Source: an uncultured Bacteriovoracaceae bacterium (GTDB taxonomy: Bacteria; Bdellovibrionota; Bacteriovoracia; Bacteriovoracales; Bacteriovoracaceae). From it: 64,000 nucleotides of DNA. The translations under genes were made by a program, and so were the position numbers. Shown one piece after another: positions 11,401 through 22,545 of this stretch (its first letter is position 1; each line of letters starts with the position of its first letter). The notes beneath the pieces are model-generated. The model was not told the origin of the DNA and searched no databases. It saw only the letters and a program-made list of their open reading frames with translations. The stretch spans positions 1 to 64,000 of the forward strand of contig CAXGUD010000011.1 of the NCBI GenBank assembly GCA_964012805.1, given 5' to 3'.

Positions 11401-12590
11401 TCGAAAAAGAAAGGGTTCCTGCGATTTATGGAGCCAAAGTTCTAAAAAATGAAGGTGATGAGGTAGAGCCAGGGGAAGCGATTATTGAATGGGACCCATT
11501 TGCGATACCTCTTTTAGCTGAGGTCACTGGTACCGTTAAGTTTAGAGATCTTATTGTTGGTAATACAGTTAGCGAACAAGTTGATGTTGTTACAGGTTTG
11601 ACTCACAAAGTTGTTCTAGAGTCGAAAGACACCGGACTGCGCTCTAGAATAGAGATTTTAGGCGAAGACGGAGAAATTATACAAATACCTGGGACAAAAA
11701 GGCTTGCCTCTTATGTTCTTCCTGTTGGTGCAAACATTATTGTAAACGATGGGGAGATGTTAGAGGCTGGTAACCCAATTTGTAAGGTTCAGAGAGAGAC
11801 AACTAAGACCAAAGATATTACAGGTGGTCTACCGAGAGTTGCGGAGCTTTTTGAAGCAAGAAAACCATCGAATGCTGCTCAAATCTCTGATGTTTCAGGT
11901 GTTATCGAGTTTGGAACAGAGCTTAGAGGCAATAGGAGAATTGTTGTTAGACCAGAAGATGGTTCTGATCCAGTTACCTATACTGTTCCAAAGGGTCGAT
12001 ATGTAATTGTAAATGAGGGAGACTATATTAGGGCCGGAGAGCCAATAATGGATGGACCAAGTAACCCTCATGACATTTTGAGAGTTATGGGTTTAAAAGC
12101 GCTTGCATCTTACATAGTAGATGAAATTCAGGAAGTTTATAGACTCCAAGGTGTTAAAATTGATGATAAGCACATTGAAGTTATTGTTAGTCAGATGTTG
12201 AAGAAAGTTGAAATTATGGATTCTGGAGATTCAACATTTATAATAGGGGACTCTAAAACAAAAGCTGAGTTTAACGAGGTTAATAAGAGATTAATTGAAA
12301 ATGGAGAAAAACCAGCAGTAGGTTTACCTCTTCTCTTAGGGATTACCAAAGCGTCTCTGACTACAGAGTCCTTCATATCCGCAGCTTCTTTCCAAGAGAC
12401 AACGAAGGTTTTAACTCAGGCGTCTTTGGCAGGGAAAAAGGACACTTTAAAAGGGTTGAAAGAGAACGTAATTATGGGAAGGTTAATACCTGCAGGAACT
12501 GGAATATCGCGGTATAGAGAGTATGAAGCTGTTGTTGAAGAAGAAATAAAAAATGATGCGGTGTTAGGTGGTGTGACTTTGACAATTTGA
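8466..12590 (+). CDS. rpoC: DNA-directed RNA polymerase beta' subunit
   Basis: NADFDGDQM catalytic motif; zinc-finger cysteines (CICGKYK...CEKC). Confidence 0.99.
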   Translation: MKDLLNFFDKPKDPVSVEAVSVKMASPDVIREWSFGEVRKPETINYRTFKPERDGLFCAKIFGPVKDYECICGKYKRMKHRGVVCEKCGVEVTLSKVRRERCGHIELAAPVAHIWFLRSLPSRLGAMLNLTLKELEKVLYYEAYIVTESGTHGVENGLDVGTVLTEQQYHELKESNIDFKAGMGGDIIKDLLRKIDLDIENKELRRGLATVTTEMARAKIVKRLKVIESLINSDNKPEWFMMEVIPILPPDLRPLVPLEAGRFATSDLNDLYRRVINRNNRLKRLKELHAPEIIIRNEKRMLQEAVDALFDNGRRGKVFTGANKRPLRSLSDMLKGKQGRFRQNLLGKRVDYSGRSVIVVGPSLRLHQCGIPKLMALELFKPFIFNKLIENGHCTTIKVAKRMVDLQKQEVWDILEEVVKEHPVLLNRAPTLHRLGIQAFEPTLIEGKAIQLHPLVCTAFNADFDGDQMAVHIPLSLEAQVECRVLAMSTNNILSPKDGTPIIVPTQDIVLGLYYMSRIRPFARGYGKIFASKEEAQFAYHSGNLHLQSPVKVRLNNELVETTVGRTFIYDILPSCLKYEDINKILNKKALANLIDLAYRNGTEKDTVLLADALMRLGYENATKAGISINVHDMTIPEEKVDILGSAYSEVDKITEEYNDGSITNGERYNKIVDVWAQTGEKLTKVMLTGLSEDVFTGKEGESVTAPSFNSLFMMADSGARGSTAQMKQLAGMRGLMAKPSGEIIETPITSNFREGLSVLQYFASTHGARKGLADTALKTANSGYLTRRLVDVAQDGIIRNDDCGTTDGIILESRIDAGEIVEHVTERVMGRVTAHVVIGYDGREVLPKNHLITEEDRDLLMENKVDQIKVRSVLTCNEPHGFCAMCFGRDLARGSLVSIGETVGVIAAQSIGEPGTQLTMRTFHVGGTATAGAQVNKAESKTAGKIYLDNVKTATLSDGTCIIMNKVGEIIVKNNFGVEKERVPAIYGAKVLKNEGDEVEPGEAIIEWDPFAIPLLAEVTGTVKFRDLIVGNTVSEQVDVVTGLTHKVVLESKDTGLRSRIEILGEDGEIIQIPGTKRLASYVLPVGANIIVNDGEMLEAGNPICKVQRETTKTKDITGGLPRVAELFEARKPSNAAQISDVSGVIEFGTELRGNRRIVVRPEDGSDPVTYTVPKGRYVIVNEGDYIRAGEPIMDGPSNPHDILRVMGLKALASYIVDEIQEVYRLQGVKIDDKHIEVIVSQMLKKVEIMDSGDSTFIIGDSKTKAEFNEVNKRLIENGEKPAVGLPLLLGITKASLTTESFISAASFQETTKVLTQASLAGKKDTLKGLKENVIMGRLIPAGTGISRYREYEAVVEEEIKNDAVLGGVTLTI

Positions 12591-12669
12591 TTAATAAAAC
12601 TTGTCTTAGAAGAAGTGTCATGCTAACCATACGTGATTTAGTGAGAGAAATTTAAGGAGTAATGGAAAA

Positions 12670-13044
12670 ATGCCTACAATTAACCAATTAATTAGAAAAG
12701 GGAGAGAAGATAAGTACGTGAAAACGAAATCTCCTGCGTTAAAAGCTTGTCCTCAAAGAAGAGGTGTTTGTGTAAGAGTATACACGACAACACCAAAGAA
12801 ACCTAATTCTGCAATGCGTAAGGTGTGTAGGGTAAAGTTAACTAGTGGTTTTGAGGTTACTTCTTATATTGGTGGTGAAGGTCACAACCTTCAGGAGCAT
12901 AGTATTGTTCTTATCAGAGGTGGAAGGGTTAAGGATTTACCAGGTGTCCGTTATCATACAATCAGAGGTGCGCTAGATGCGACTGGTGTTGATAAAAGAA
13001 ACCAAGGGCGATCTAAGTACGGGGCTAAAAGACCTAAAAAATAA
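12670..13044 (+). CDS. rpsL: 30S ribosomal protein S12
   Basis: [17 protein letters not shown] and [10 protein letters not shown] motifs. Confidence 0.99.
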   Translation: MPTINQLIRKGREDKYVKTKSPALKACPQRRGVCVRVYTTTPKKPNSAMRKVCRVKLTSGFEVTSYIGGEGHNLQEHSIVLIRGGRVKDLPGVRYHTIRGALDATGVDKRNQGRSKYGAKRPKK

Positions 13045-13093
13045 TGTGCTGGTAACTCTTTATTATTAAGAATTAAAAGTTTAAGAGGGAATA

Positions 13094-13564
13094 ATGAGTA
13101 GAAAAAATAGAGCAGAAGTAAGAGAAGTGCTTCCAGATCCAAGATACCAAGATGTTGTAGTAACAAAATTTATCAATTGCTTGATGAAGGATGGGAAGAA
13201 GTCTACAGCCGAAAAGATTTTTTATGGAGCGATGGAGCAAGTAGAAAAGAAAACCGGTGAAGAGCCTTTAAAGGTCTTTAAGAAAGCTCTTTCAAACGTT
13301 AAGCCCGCTGTTGAAGTAAAATCAAGAAGAATTGGTGGTGCTACTTACCAAATTCCTGTTGAGGTTAGGCCTGTTAGAAGGCAATCTTTGGCTTTAAGGT
13401 GGCTGAGAGATTACTCTACTTCCAGAAGCGGCAAGACAATGATCGAAAAGTTGTGCGATGAAGTTTTAGATGCTTCTGCAAATAGAGGTGGAGCAGTAAA
13501 GAAAAGAGAAGACGTCTATAAAATGGCTGAAGCTAACAAGGCCTTCGCTCATCTTAAATGGTAA
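13094..13564 (+). CDS. rpsG: 30S ribosomal protein S7
   Basis: [15 protein letters not shown] and [10 protein letters not shown] motifs. Confidence 0.99.
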   Translation: MSRKNRAEVREVLPDPRYQDVVVTKFINCLMKDGKKSTAEKIFYGAMEQVEKKTGEEPLKVFKKALSNVKPAVEVKSRRIGGATYQIPVEVRPVRRQSLALRWLRDYSTSRSGKTMIEKLCDEVLDASANRGGAVKKREDVYKMAEANKAFAHLKW

Positions 13565-13577
13565 TTAAATCAAGCAA

Positions 13578-15668
13578 ATGACTCAATCAAAATTAGATAA
13601 GATCCGTAACATAGGAATAATGGCTCATATAGACGCTGGAAAAACTACTACTACGGAGCGGATCTTATTTTATACCGGGAAAAGCCATAAAATTGGTGAA
13701 GTTCATGATGGCGCTGCCACTATGGACTGGATGGTTCAAGAACAAGAAAGAGGCATAACTATTACCTCCGCCGCTACTACATGTGAGTGGTTAGGCTCTA
13801 AAATTAACATTATAGATACTCCGGGACATGTAGATTTTACAATAGAGGTAGAAAGGTCTCTTAGAGTTCTTGATGGAGCTGTAGGTGTTTTTGATGCTGT
13901 CGCTGGTGTAGAGCCTCAATCAGAAACTGTCTGGGGGCAAGCTGATAAATACTCTGTTCCAAGGCTTGCATTCGTAAATAAAATGGACAGGGTTGGGTCT
14001 GATTTTGATAAATGCGTAGAAGAAATCAATGATAAATTAAAAAAAGTCGCTTCTCCAATACAGCTTCCAATTGGAAAAGAATCAGACTTTGCAGGTGTAA
14101 TAGACCTTATTGAAGAAAAAGCTATGTTCTGGGATGAAGGAGATCAAGGCTCAAAGACCATAGTGGCTGAGATACCCGAAGACCTCCAGGCTCAAGCAGA
14201 AGAAATGAAAGAATCTTTGGTAGAGTGCCTAGCTGACTTAGACAATGAGATCGCTGAACTATATTTAGAAGGTGAGGTTATAACAAAGGACAAGTTAAAA
14301 GAGGTAATTAGAAAGCTTGTTATTAGTAACAGCTTTGTTCCTGTTCTTTGTGGAAGTGCTTTTAAAAATAAAGGTGTCCAACCATTGTTGGATGCGGTGG
14401 TTGAGTTTTTGCCTTCGCCAATTGATAGAGGCAATATTGTTGGTGTTTGTGCAAAAAATAATGAAAAAAAGGTATCAAGAGCTCCATCTCCAAAAGAACC
14501 ATTTAGTGGTTTGGCTTTTAAAATTGCTTCTGATCCTTTCGTAGGAACTTTAACTTATTTCCGAATTTACTCTGGGGAGCTAATTTCAGGTCAGACAATC
14601 TTTAACCCTTTGTCGGGGAAGAGAGAGCGTATAACAAAGATGCTTGTTATGCATGCAAATAAAAGGGAAGAAGTTCAAGAGGCGTATGCTGGAGATATCG
14701 TAGCGCTTGTTGGTCTAAAAAACACCACCACGGGACAGACTTTGTGTGTGGAAAAATCTAAAGTGATATATGATTTGATGGAGTTTCCTGAAACTGTAAT
14801 CTCTTTAGCTATTGAGCCGAATACATCTGCTGATGAAAAAAAATTAAATTTAGCGCTGGGTCAGCTTAAGCTAGAGGATCCCTCTTTCTCGTTTAAAGAA
14901 AATAAGGAAACGGGGCAGTTGCTTATTTATGGGATGGGAGAGCTTCATCTTGACATCATTGTAGATAGGTTGAAGAGAAGTTTCTCGGTTGGAATAAGGG
15001 TTGGAAAACCACAAGTCTCATATCGAGAAGGTGTTCTTAGTGAAGGTGAGTCTGAATACACACATAGTGTGGACCTTGCGGGGAAAAAGCAGTTTGGCAG
15101 TTGTGCTCTAAGTGTTCAGCTTGATGAGAGCATAAATGGTGTTGAGTTTACTTCCAAATTAAATAAAAAAGATTTACCGAAAGAGTTTGTAGAGGCAATA
15201 GGCGAAGGTGTTCTTGAGGCTGCGCCTGGTGGAATAATAGCCGGTTATCCCTTAACAAATATAAAAGTCCTTCTTGAGCGTGCTAAGTTCATTGAAGAGG
15301 AGGCTTCTGAGGTCGCTTACAAAATTGCTGCTGCTCATTGTATAAGAGAGGCTTGTTCTAAAGCTAGGGTTGCAATTCTGGAGCCTATAATGCACTTAGA
15401 AGTAGTAACCCCTTTAGATTTCACCGGTGATGTTATTTCAGACATTAATGGGAAAAGAGGTAGGGTTATAAATATTACATCGAAAGGCGGCAAAGAGGTT
15501 ATCGAGGCTGAAGCTCCGCTTGCTGAGCTGTTTGGTTATAGCACAGCGTTAAGGTCTCGAACTCAAGGTAGAGGCAGTTTTAGTATGAGTTTCGTAAGAT
15601 ATGCAGCTCTTCAAAATGAATTGGAAAAAAAGTTTTTTGAGGAAAGAGGTATTTCAATAAATTTTTAA
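13578..15668 (+). CDS. fusA: Elongation factor G family protein with divergent domain IV (possible EF-G2/recycling type)
   Basis: G motifs intact ([27 protein letters not shown]); str-operon position; domain IV tip loops degenerate. Confidence 0.95.
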   Translation: MTQSKLDKIRNIGIMAHIDAGKTTTTERILFYTGKSHKIGEVHDGAATMDWMVQEQERGITITSAATTCEWLGSKINIIDTPGHVDFTIEVERSLRVLDGAVGVFDAVAGVEPQSETVWGQADKYSVPRLAFVNKMDRVGSDFDKCVEEINDKLKKVASPIQLPIGKESDFAGVIDLIEEKAMFWDEGDQGSKTIVAEIPEDLQAQAEEMKESLVECLADLDNEIAELYLEGEVITKDKLKEVIRKLVISNSFVPVLCGSAFKNKGVQPLLDAVVEFLPSPIDRGNIVGVCAKNNEKKVSRAPSPKEPFSGLAFKIASDPFVGTLTYFRIYSGELISGQTIFNPLSGKRERITKMLVMHANKREEVQEAYAGDIVALVGLKNTTTGQTLCVEKSKVIYDLMEFPETVISLAIEPNTSADEKKLNLALGQLKLEDPSFSFKENKETGQLLIYGMGELHLDIIVDRLKRSFSVGIRVGKPQVSYREGVLSEGESEYTHSVDLAGKKQFGSCALSVQLDESINGVEFTSKLNKKDLPKEFVEAIGEGVLEAAPGGIIAGYPLTNIKVLLERAKFIEEEASEVAYKIAAAHCIREACSKARVAILEPIMHLEVVTPLDFTGDVISDINGKRGRVINITSKGGKEVIEAEAPLAELFGYSTALRSRTQGRGSFSMSFVRYAALQNELEKKFFEERGISINF

Positions 15669-15764
15669 TTCAAGAAAGTTGCCCTCTTTAATTATATACT
15701 ACTTGACAAAGAGACTCATAAAAAATACATACTCATTTCAATTATAAAGAATAAGGGATATTTA

Positions 15765-16073
15765 ATGAAGGCCACAAGATTACGCATTAAGTTAAGAGCT
15801 TATGATCACAGTCTGCTAGACAGCTCTGTGAATGAAATCGTTCAAACAGCAAAAGACACAGGTGCAAGGGTTGCTGGTCCGATTCCATTACCAACAGCTG
15901 TAAATAAGTTTACAGTACTTCGCTCTCCCCATAAGGATAAAAAATCTAGAGAGCAGTTCGAAATGAGAACTCATAAAAGAATGATTGATATTTTAGAACC
16001 AACACAGCAAACAATCGATAGTTTAATGAAACTTGATTTGAGTTCTGGTGTTGACGTCGAAATCAAATATTAG
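15765..16073 (+). CDS. rpsJ: 30S ribosomal protein S10
   Basis: GPIPLPT and [11 protein letters not shown] motifs. Confidence 0.99.
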   Translation: MKATRLRIKLRAYDHSLLDSSVNEIVQTAKDTGARVAGPIPLPTAVNKFTVLRSPHKDKKSREQFEMRTHKRMIDILEPTQQTIDSLMKLDLSSGVDVEIKY

Positions 16074-16155
16074 TATATAAGGTCAAACTTCGCTCAAGAA
16101 AGATCTATTACCATGAAAGCATCCCCGATAATCGGGGTGATGCTGTGGAGGAATA

Positions 16156-16833
16156 ATGACAGAAAAAGAAAGTAAGGTAAGTACCTCAAGCGTTAGCTTG
16201 GAAACGTTTTATTGCCAAAAAGCAGGCATGACAAGGGTTTTTGACGAAAGCGGAAACCATGTCCCGGTAACAGTCGTTAAGTTAATTTCAAATTACATAA
16301 CTCAAGTTAAAACCGATGAAAAAGATGGGTATGAATCTTACCAAGTGGGTTATGGTCAAGTTAAAGAAAAAAATACAAGTAAGCCAGTTTCCGGAAAGTT
16401 AAAAAAAGCTTCAGTTGAAGTAAACTTAAGACATTTTTCAGAAGTTAAAACTAAAGGCTCTGAAGTTTCTAAAGAAAGTTTAGGTGGCTTGGTAAACTTA
16501 GAAAGCTTTGAAAAAGGGTGCTTTGTTGATGTAACTGCAATTACTAAGGGTAAAGGTTTCCAGGGTGTAATCAAAAAATTTGGCTTCTCTGGTGGACCGG
16601 CTGCTCATGGCTCGCATTTTCATAGAGGAACGGGTTCAATTGGTAACAGAGCAACTCCGGGAAGAGTCTTTAAAGGAAAGAAAATGCCAGGAAGAATGGG
16701 TGGTAAGACTAAAACTGTCCAAAATCTTCGAATTCAAGAAATTAATTTAGAAAAAGGCTTTGCTCTAATTCGTGGTTCTGTTCCAGGACCTAAAGATGGT
16801 TACGTTAGAGTATCAAAAGCAATTAAAAAATAG
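16156..16833 (+). CDS. rplC: 50S ribosomal protein L3
   Basis: KGKGFQGVIKK and PGRVFKGKKMPGRMG motifs. Confidence 0.99.
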   Translation: MTEKESKVSTSSVSLETFYCQKAGMTRVFDESGNHVPVTVVKLISNYITQVKTDEKDGYESYQVGYGQVKEKNTSKPVSGKLKKASVEVNLRHFSEVKTKGSEVSKESLGGLVNLESFEKGCFVDVTAITKGKGFQGVIKKFGFSGGPAAHGSHFHRGTGSIGNRATPGRVFKGKKMPGRMGGKTKTVQNLRIQEINLEKGFALIRGSVPGPKDGYVRVSKAIKK

Positions 16834-16847
16834 ATGAGGATTAAGTA

Positions 16848-17465
16848 ATGGCTGAAATAACAGTTTTAGATAAGAATTTTAACGAAAGTGATAAGTTATC
16901 ACTTGATATTGATCTCACTGCAGAAAAAGTTAATGTTCCTGTTGTTCATCAGGTTGTTAAGGCTACACTTGCTGGCAGAAGGCAAGGAACCGCTAAGACT
17001 AAAGAAAGAGGGGAAATTAGAGGCGGTGGAGCAAAGCCATTCAAGCAAAAAGGTACTGGTAGAGCTAGGCAAGGATCAAGCAGGTCTCCTCTTTTAGTTG
17101 GAGGGGGTACAATTTTTGGTCCTAAGCCAAGGTCTTATGCTCAAAAACTTAATAAAAAAGTTGTAAAGACAGCAATTAACGCAGTCATTGCAGACAAATT
17201 TCAAGCAGGTAAATTAACTGTTTTAGATAAAATTGAATCTAACGGTAAAACTAAGGATCTTCATAAAGAGCTTAGTGAGAGGAATCTTTTGCCGGCTCTT
17301 TTGGTTGTTGAGCAAAAAGACTCTTTAGCGTTACGAGCTGTTAAAAATCTGAAAAATGGAAAAGGATTGTCCGTTGAGGGTTTTAGCGTTTATGAGGCTG
17401 TAAAGTTTGAGAATTTGATTATAGAAAAAAATGCTTTGGAAAAATTATCCAAGCGTCTAGGTTAA
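16848..17465 (+). CDS. rplD: 50S ribosomal protein L4
   Basis: KPFKQKGTGRARQGS motif. Confidence 0.99.
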   Translation: MAEITVLDKNFNESDKLSLDIDLTAEKVNVPVVHQVVKATLAGRRQGTAKTKERGEIRGGGAKPFKQKGTGRARQGSSRSPLLVGGGTIFGPKPRSYAQKLNKKVVKTAINAVIADKFQAGKLTVLDKIESNGKTKDLHKELSERNLLPALLVVEQKDSLALRAVKNLKNGKGLSVEGFSVYEAVKFENLIIEKNALEKLSKRLG

Positions 17466-17475
17466 GGAAAGAGCA

Positions 17476-17766
17476 ATGGCACATATTGAGCAAATAATTG
17501 AAAAACCATTAATCACAGAGAAAGCTTCTTTAATAAGTGAAAAGCAAAACAGATATGGTTTTAAGGTAGCTTTAAAGGCGAATAAAAACCAAATTAAACA
17601 AGCTGTAGAAAGTCTTTATGATGTTAAAGTTTTGAATGTAAAGACTAGTGTTTTACCAGGTAAAGTTAAGAGAGTTGGAAAAGGTACCAAGAAAACTTCT
17701 AGTTTTAAAAAGGCTTTTGTTCAGGTTGAAGAAGGTCAAAAAATTGAATTTTTCAAAGGTGTTTAA
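17476..17766 (+). CDS. rplW: 50S ribosomal protein L23
   Basis: PLITEKA and ANKNQIKQAVE motifs; operon order. Confidence 0.98.
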   Translation: MAHIEQIIEKPLITEKASLISEKQNRYGFKVALKANKNQIKQAVESLYDVKVLNVKTSVLPGKVKRVGKGTKKTSSFKKAFVQVEEGQKIEFFKGV

Positions 17767-17804
17767 TTCAAATTTAAGTTAACTAAAAAAATATTGAGGA
17801 AAAA

Positions 17805-18629
17805 ATGGGAATTAAAAAGTATAAGCCAACGACACCCTCTTTGAGAAATATGGCTACATTAGATGGGAAAGAGTTGACCAAAGATGCTAAGCCTCTAAAA
17901 AATATGCTGCAGCCTAAAAAGTCTAGAGCTGGAAGAAATGCTGAAGGGCGGATAACCGTTAGAAGAAGAGGCGGTGGTGTTAAAAAGAGATATAGACTCG
18001 TAGACTTTAAGAGAAGTAAAACCAATATACCTGCTGTGGTTCAGGCAATTGTTTACGATCCTAATAGGAGCTGTAACCTTGCTCAAGTCGCTTATGCTGA
18101 CGGAGAAAAGAATTATATTTTGGCTCCATTAGGGCTTAATGTTGGTGATAAAATAATATCCTCTGAAAAAGCAGATATTAAAGTTGGAAACTCAAAGCAG
18201 TTAAAGGATATTCCTGTTGGGAGTCTCGTCCATAATGTTGAAATCTATCCAGGAGCAGGAGGGCAGTTGGCCAGGTCTGCTGGGGCTTATGTTCAGATTA
18301 TGGCGAAAGAAGGAGATTCCGTCCTTTTAAGAATGCCTTCTGGTGAATTAAGAAAAGTTAAGATCCTGTGTAGAGCGACTATTGGCCAGGTAGGTAATAT
18401 AGATCACGAAAAGGTTGTCTTGGGAAAGGCAGGTAAATCGAGATTACTTGGAAGGCGTCCAAAAGTTAGAGGTGTTGTAATGAACCCAGTAGACCACCCA
18501 CATGGTGGTGGTGAAGGTAGGACATCAGGGGGTAGACACCCTGTGACTCCTTGGGGGATGCCAACAAAAGGTTATAAAACTAGAAAAAATAAGAGAACTA
18601 GTAAGTTTATAGTAAAACGTAGAAAGTGA
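17805..18629 (+). CDS. rplB: 50S ribosomal protein L2
   Basis: [18 protein letters not shown] motif. Confidence 0.99.
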   Translation: MGIKKYKPTTPSLRNMATLDGKELTKDAKPLKNMLQPKKSRAGRNAEGRITVRRRGGGVKKRYRLVDFKRSKTNIPAVVQAIVYDPNRSCNLAQVAYADGEKNYILAPLGLNVGDKIISSEKADIKVGNSKQLKDIPVGSLVHNVEIYPGAGGQLARSAGAYVQIMAKEGDSVLLRMPSGELRKVKILCRATIGQVGNIDHEKVVLGKAGKSRLLGRRPKVRGVVMNPVDHPHGGGEGRTSGGRHPVTPWGMPTKGYKTRKNKRTSKFIVKRRK

Positions 18630-18648
18630 TAATATTTTGGAGATATAA

Positions 18649-18930
18649 ATGTCTAGATCATTAAAAAAGGGTCCTTTTGTAGATGACCATCTTTTGAAAA
18701 AAGCTTTAATGCTTAAAGAAGACCCGGGTAAAGGGAATAAGGTAATCAAGACTTGGTCAAGAAGATCTACTATAATTCCTGAGTTTATAGGACTAACCTT
18801 TGCCGTGCACAACGGAAAGAAGTTCGTTCCCGTTTACGTTACGGATAATATGATTGGTATGAAGCTTGGGGAGTTCGCTCTTACAAGAACATTCTATGGT
18901 CATGGTGCTGATAAAAAATCGAAAAAATAG
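18649..18930 (+). CDS. rpsS: 30S ribosomal protein S19
   Basis: [10 protein letters not shown] and KTWSRRSTI motifs. Confidence 0.99.
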   Translation: MSRSLKKGPFVDDHLLKKALMLKEDPGKGNKVIKTWSRRSTIIPEFIGLTFAVHNGKKFVPVYVTDNMIGMKLGEFALTRTFYGHGADKKSKK

Positions 18931-18957
18931 GTTTTTTTTAATTTTGCGAGGAAAAAA

Positions 18958-19293
18958 ATGACAATTAAAGTTAAGGCAAGCCGAGTGGGAATATCGCCAA
19001 GTAAAGTGAGAGGTGTTATTAACTTGGTAAGAAATAAGAAGGCTTCAGAAGCCCTGAAGATCCTTCGGTTTTGTGAGAAAAAAGAAATCTCAATCATGCT
19101 TACAAAACTTATTAACAGTGGTTTAGCGATTGCTTCTGAAGGTGAGAAATACGATCTAGATAACCTTGTCGTTCACAGTATCTTCGCCGATGGTGGTCCT
19201 ACATTAAAAAGGATTCAACCAAGGGCTCAAGGTAGGGCTTTTAGGGTTAGAAAGAGGACAAGTCATATTACTGTTGAATTGAAAGAAGGATAG
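18958..19293 (+). CDS. rplV: 50S ribosomal protein L22
   Basis: GPTLKRIQPRAQGRA...KRTSHITV motif. Confidence 0.99.
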   Translation: MTIKVKASRVGISPSKVRGVINLVRNKKASEALKILRFCEKKEISIMLTKLINSGLAIASEGEKYDLDNLVVHSIFADGGPTLKRIQPRAQGRAFRVRKRTSHITVELKEG

Positions 19294-19303
19294 GAAGGGA
19301 AAG

Positions 19304-19930
19304 ATGGGACAAAAAGTTAATCCGTTTGGTTTTAGACTAGGTTATATAAAAAAGTGGCATTCGTCTTGGTACTCAAAGGATAAGTACCCTGAAACACTTC
19401 ATGAAGATTTATCTATAAGAAAGTATATAGAAAAAAACATGAAAAACTCTTCAGTATCAAAAACTGAAATATCTAGAACTTCTGACCAAACTAAGGTCAC
19501 TGTCTATACCGCTAAGCCTGGTGTTGCTATCGGTAAGAAAGGGGCAGGAATTGAAAAGATTAGAAAAGACCTATCTAAAATGATAAAGGGCAACCTAATT
19601 TTCAATATCTCAGAAGTAAAAAGACCAGACTCTGATGCTAAATTGATAGCAGAAAATATAGCTCAACAACTTGAAAAAAGAGTTGCATTTAGAAGGGCAA
19701 TGAAGAAAGTTATGCAGTCTGCTTTTAGGGCAGGTGTTAAAGGAATAAAAGTACGTACAGCAGGCCGATTAGGTGGTGCTGAAATGGCAAGGTCAGAAGG
19801 TTATTCTGAGAGAAAAGTACCTTTGCATACACTCAGGGCAGATATTGATTATAACACTGCAGAAGCTCAGACCACTTACGGGATAATTGGTGTTAAGGTT
19901 TGGGTATACAAAGGTGAAGTTTACAAATAA
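19304..19930 (+). CDS. rpsC: 30S ribosomal protein S3
   Basis: MGQKVNPFGFRLG, GRLGGAEMAR and VPLHTLRADIDY motifs. Confidence 0.99.
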   Translation: MGQKVNPFGFRLGYIKKWHSSWYSKDKYPETLHEDLSIRKYIEKNMKNSSVSKTEISRTSDQTKVTVYTAKPGVAIGKKGAGIEKIRKDLSKMIKGNLIFNISEVKRPDSDAKLIAENIAQQLEKRVAFRRAMKKVMQSAFRAGVKGIKVRTAGRLGGAEMARSEGYSERKVPLHTLRADIDYNTAEAQTTYGIIGVKVWVYKGEVYK

Positions 19931-19957
19931 AAAGATTTTATTTAAAGGAAGATAGAG

Positions 19958-20368
19958 ATGCTAAGCCCAAAAAAGGTTAAACATAGAAAACAGATGAAAG
20001 GCAAGATGAGAGGAAAGTCTCTCAGAGGGGATAAAATTCAATTTGGTGAATTTGCCTTGCAAGCTACTTCTTGTGGTTATATCTCAAATAGGCAGATAGA
20101 GTCCGCAAGGATTGCTATTAACAGGAAAGCTAAAAGAGGTGGTCGGGTATGGATCAAAATATTCCCCGATAAAACCCTAACAAAAAAGCCTGCTGAAGTG
20201 AGAATGGGGAAGGGTAAAGGTTCACCAGAGTCATGGGTAGCTGTTGTTCGTCCTGGTAGAGTCCTCTTCGAAATAGGTGGATTAGATGAAGAGATTTGCC
20301 TAGCTGCTTTAAGGCTTGCTAAGTACAAATTGCCTGTAAAGACAAAAGTTATTAGGAAAGAAGTTTAA
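19958..20368 (+). CDS. rplP: 50S ribosomal protein L16
   Basis: [12 protein letters not shown] motif. Confidence 0.99.
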   Translation: MLSPKKVKHRKQMKGKMRGKSLRGDKIQFGEFALQATSCGYISNRQIESARIAINRKAKRGGRVWIKIFPDKTLTKKPAEVRMGKGKGSPESWVAVVRPGRVLFEIGGLDEEICLAALRLAKYKLPVKTKVIRKEV

Positions 20369-20391
20369 TTTAAAGATTGTGAGGAATCCAG

Positions 20392-20589
20392 ATGATTCTA
20401 AAAATTGAAGACATTAGAAGTTGGGATATAAACACCATTAAGACAAAAATTAGTGAGCAGAGATCCGAATTATTTAAGGTAAAAATGCAGAGGTACTCAA
20501 CTGGCGTCGAAAAACCACATTTAATTAACGTGGTTAAAGCTAATATTGCTAAGTGTAGCACTGTGTTGAATGAAAAGAGAGAGAGATAG
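20392..20589 (+). CDS. rpmC: 50S ribosomal protein L29
   Basis: 65-aa helical protein between rplP and rpsQ with the ELF..KMQ...PH.I..VK..IA pattern. Confidence 0.93.
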   Translation: MILKIEDIRSWDINTIKTKISEQRSELFKVKMQRYSTGVEKPHLINVVKANIAKCSTVLNEKRER

Positions 20590-20591
20590 AA

Positions 20592-20843
20592 ATGGCAAGC
20601 CAAAATAGAAATTTTAAAAGAAAGTTAGAAGGTGTTGTAACTAGAAAGAAAATGGATAAGACGGTAACTGTCTCTGTTGTGAGAAAGTTCAAACATTCTA
20701 AGTACAGAAAGTTCGTCCATGAATCTAATAAGTACCATGCCCACGACCAAAATAATACGGCTAAAGAGGGTGATAGAGTTCTTATTATTGAATCTAGGCC
20801 ATTCTCTAAAACTAAGAAGTGGGAATTAGTTAAAGTTTTTTAG
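20592..20843 (+). CDS. rpsQ: 30S ribosomal protein S17
   Basis: KMDKTVTV and [11 protein letters not shown] motifs. Confidence 0.99.
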   Translation: MASQNRNFKRKLEGVVTRKKMDKTVTVSVVRKFKHSKYRKFVHESNKYHAHDQNNTAKEGDRVLIIESRPFSKTKKWELVKVF

Positions 20844-20869
20844 ACTTTTTTAAAGTCAGGAGTATTTTC

Positions 20870-21238
20870 ATGATACAGATGCAAACAAAGTTGGAAGTTG
20901 CTGATAACTCAGGCGCTAAGTTAGTTAAGTGTGTAAAAGTTTTAGGTGGATCTAAAAGAATGACGGCCTCATTAGGTGACGTCATCGTAGTGGCTGTCCA
21001 GCAGGTTTTACCAGGCGGTAAGATTAAGAAGGGTGATGTTAAAAAGGCTGTGATAGTTAGGACAAAATACCCTATTAGAAGAGAAGACGGCTCTTATATT
21101 CGTTTTGATAAGAATAGTGTTGTAATTTTGGGTAACTCAAATGACCCAGTTGGTACAAGGATTTTTGGACCAGTTGCTAGGGAGTTAAGGAACAGGAACT
21201 TTACTAAGATTTGTTCATTAGCCCCTGAGGTTTTGTAG
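20870..21238 (+). CDS. rplN: 50S ribosomal protein L14
   Basis: VADNSGAK and [12 protein letters not shown] motifs. Confidence 0.99.
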   Translation: MIQMQTKLEVADNSGAKLVKCVKVLGGSKRMTASLGDVIVVAVQQVLPGGKIKKGDVKKAVIVRTKYPIRREDGSYIRFDKNSVVILGNSNDPVGTRIFGPVARELRNRNFTKICSLAPEVL

Positions 21239-21247
21239 GAAGGTAAT

Positions 21248-21559
21248 ATGCAAAAACTAAAATTAAAAGATGATGTTATTGTTTTAACAGGTAAAGACAA
21301 GGGTAAAACAGGCTCTGTGATAAGGCTTAGTCTAACTCAAGGTAAAGTTTGGGTTAAGGGACTTAATCTTGTTAAAAAAACCGTAAAGCCAACTCAGGAA
21401 AACCCAAACGGCGGTATTACTGATATGGAAGGTAGCTTGCACATTAGTAACGTAGCTTTACTAAGTCCCAAAACTAAAAAAGCAACAAGAGTTCGTATTG
21501 AAAATAGAGATGGCAAAAAAGTCAGGGTATCTGTTTCGTGCGGTTCGATAATTGAATAA
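21248..21559 (+). CDS. rplX: 50S ribosomal protein L24
   Basis: KOW motif DDVIVLTGKDKGKTG; HISNVAL. Confidence 0.98.
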   Translation: MQKLKLKDDVIVLTGKDKGKTGSVIRLSLTQGKVWVKGLNLVKKTVKPTQENPNGGITDMEGSLHISNVALLSPKTKKATRVRIENRDGKKVRVSVSCGSIIE

Positions 21560-21574
21560 GGTTAAGGTGTAAAC

Positions 21575-22126
21575 ATGAGTAGGCTTAAAAATTTATATAA
21601 TGATAAAGTTAAAGGTGAACTAAAAGAAAAGTTAGGCCACCAAAACGTTAATATGGTTCCAAAGCTAACAAAAATTGTTGTTAATTGTGTTACTAAAGAC
21701 TGTGTTACAAACTCTAAAATTGTTGGAAATATAGCCAATGACATATCTCTAATTACTGGGCAAAAACCAGTGGTTGCAAAGGCTAAAAAATCAGAGGCAG
21801 GCTTTAAGTTAAGGAAAGGTCAATCTTTAGGTGCTTTTGTTACTTTAAGAGGTTCGAGGATGTATGAATTCTTGGACAGGCTGATCAATATATCTTTGCC
21901 TAGAGTTAGAGACTTTAGAGGCGTTTCTCCTAAAGGTTTTGATGGTAAAGGTAATTATAACTTAGGATTGAAAGAACAAATTATGTTCCCTGAGATCAAC
22001 TACGACAAAATCGATAAAGTTAGAGGTCTTGGCGTTTCGATTGTAACAACCGCAAGAAATAATGAAGAAGGCAGAGAGCTACTTAAATCTCTTGGAATGC
22101 CTTTTAAGAATGAAAAAAGTAATTAA
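21575..22126 (+). CDS. rplE: 50S ribosomal protein L5
   Basis: ITGQKP, LPRVRDFRG and FDGKGNY motifs. Confidence 0.99.
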   Translation: MSRLKNLYNDKVKGELKEKLGHQNVNMVPKLTKIVVNCVTKDCVTNSKIVGNIANDISLITGQKPVVAKAKKSEAGFKLRKGQSLGAFVTLRGSRMYEFLDRLINISLPRVRDFRGVSPKGFDGKGNYNLGLKEQIMFPEINYDKIDKVRGLGVSIVTTARNNEEGRELLKSLGMPFKNEKSN

Positions 22127-22149
22127 GGTTTAGGTAGGAGAATAGTACT

Positions 22150-22536
22150 ATGATGACCGATCCAGTAGCTGATATGCTCACCAGAATAAGAAATGCTCTA
22201 AGCGCTAGTCACGATAGAGTAGAATTTCCAGCAAGTAAATTAAAGGCTGGTATATGCAAAGTTTTAAAAGAAGAAGGTTATATCAAGTCTTTTAAAATAA
22301 TTGCAAAATCTCAAAGTGATGTGAAAATAAGAGTCCTTTTTAAAGATAAGAAGTCTATTGTAGGTCTACAGAGATTTTCTAAACCAGGTCTGAGACAGTA
22401 TAGGGGTTACGAAGACTTCCCTAGAGTCCTTAGTGGTTTAGGTGTGTCTATTTTGTCTACTTCCAAGGGTATACTTTCCTCCAAAGCTGCAAAGAAAGCA
22501 AAGGTTGGTGGGGAAATCCTTTGTAATGTTTGGTAG
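22150..22536 (+). CDS. rpsH: 30S ribosomal protein S8
   Basis: TDPVADMLTRIRNA, SKPGLR and GGEILC motifs. Confidence 0.99.
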   Translation: MMTDPVADMLTRIRNALSASHDRVEFPASKLKAGICKVLKEEGYIKSFKIIAKSQSDVKIRVLFKDKKSIVGLQRFSKPGLRQYRGYEDFPRVLSGLGVSILSTSKGILSSKAAKKAKVGGEILCNVW

Positions 22537-22545
22537 GAGAATAAA

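Noticed and set aside
4264..12590. Inteins, introns or an rpoB-rpoC fusion
   Set aside because: Both proteins have normal lengths, separate stop and start codons, and no intein motifs.
15703..15733. Sigma70 promoter for the S10 operon (TTGACA at 15703)
   Set aside because: The -35 is perfect, but no convincing -10 lies at 16-18 nt spacing (CATACT is at 19), so it is not listed as a feature.
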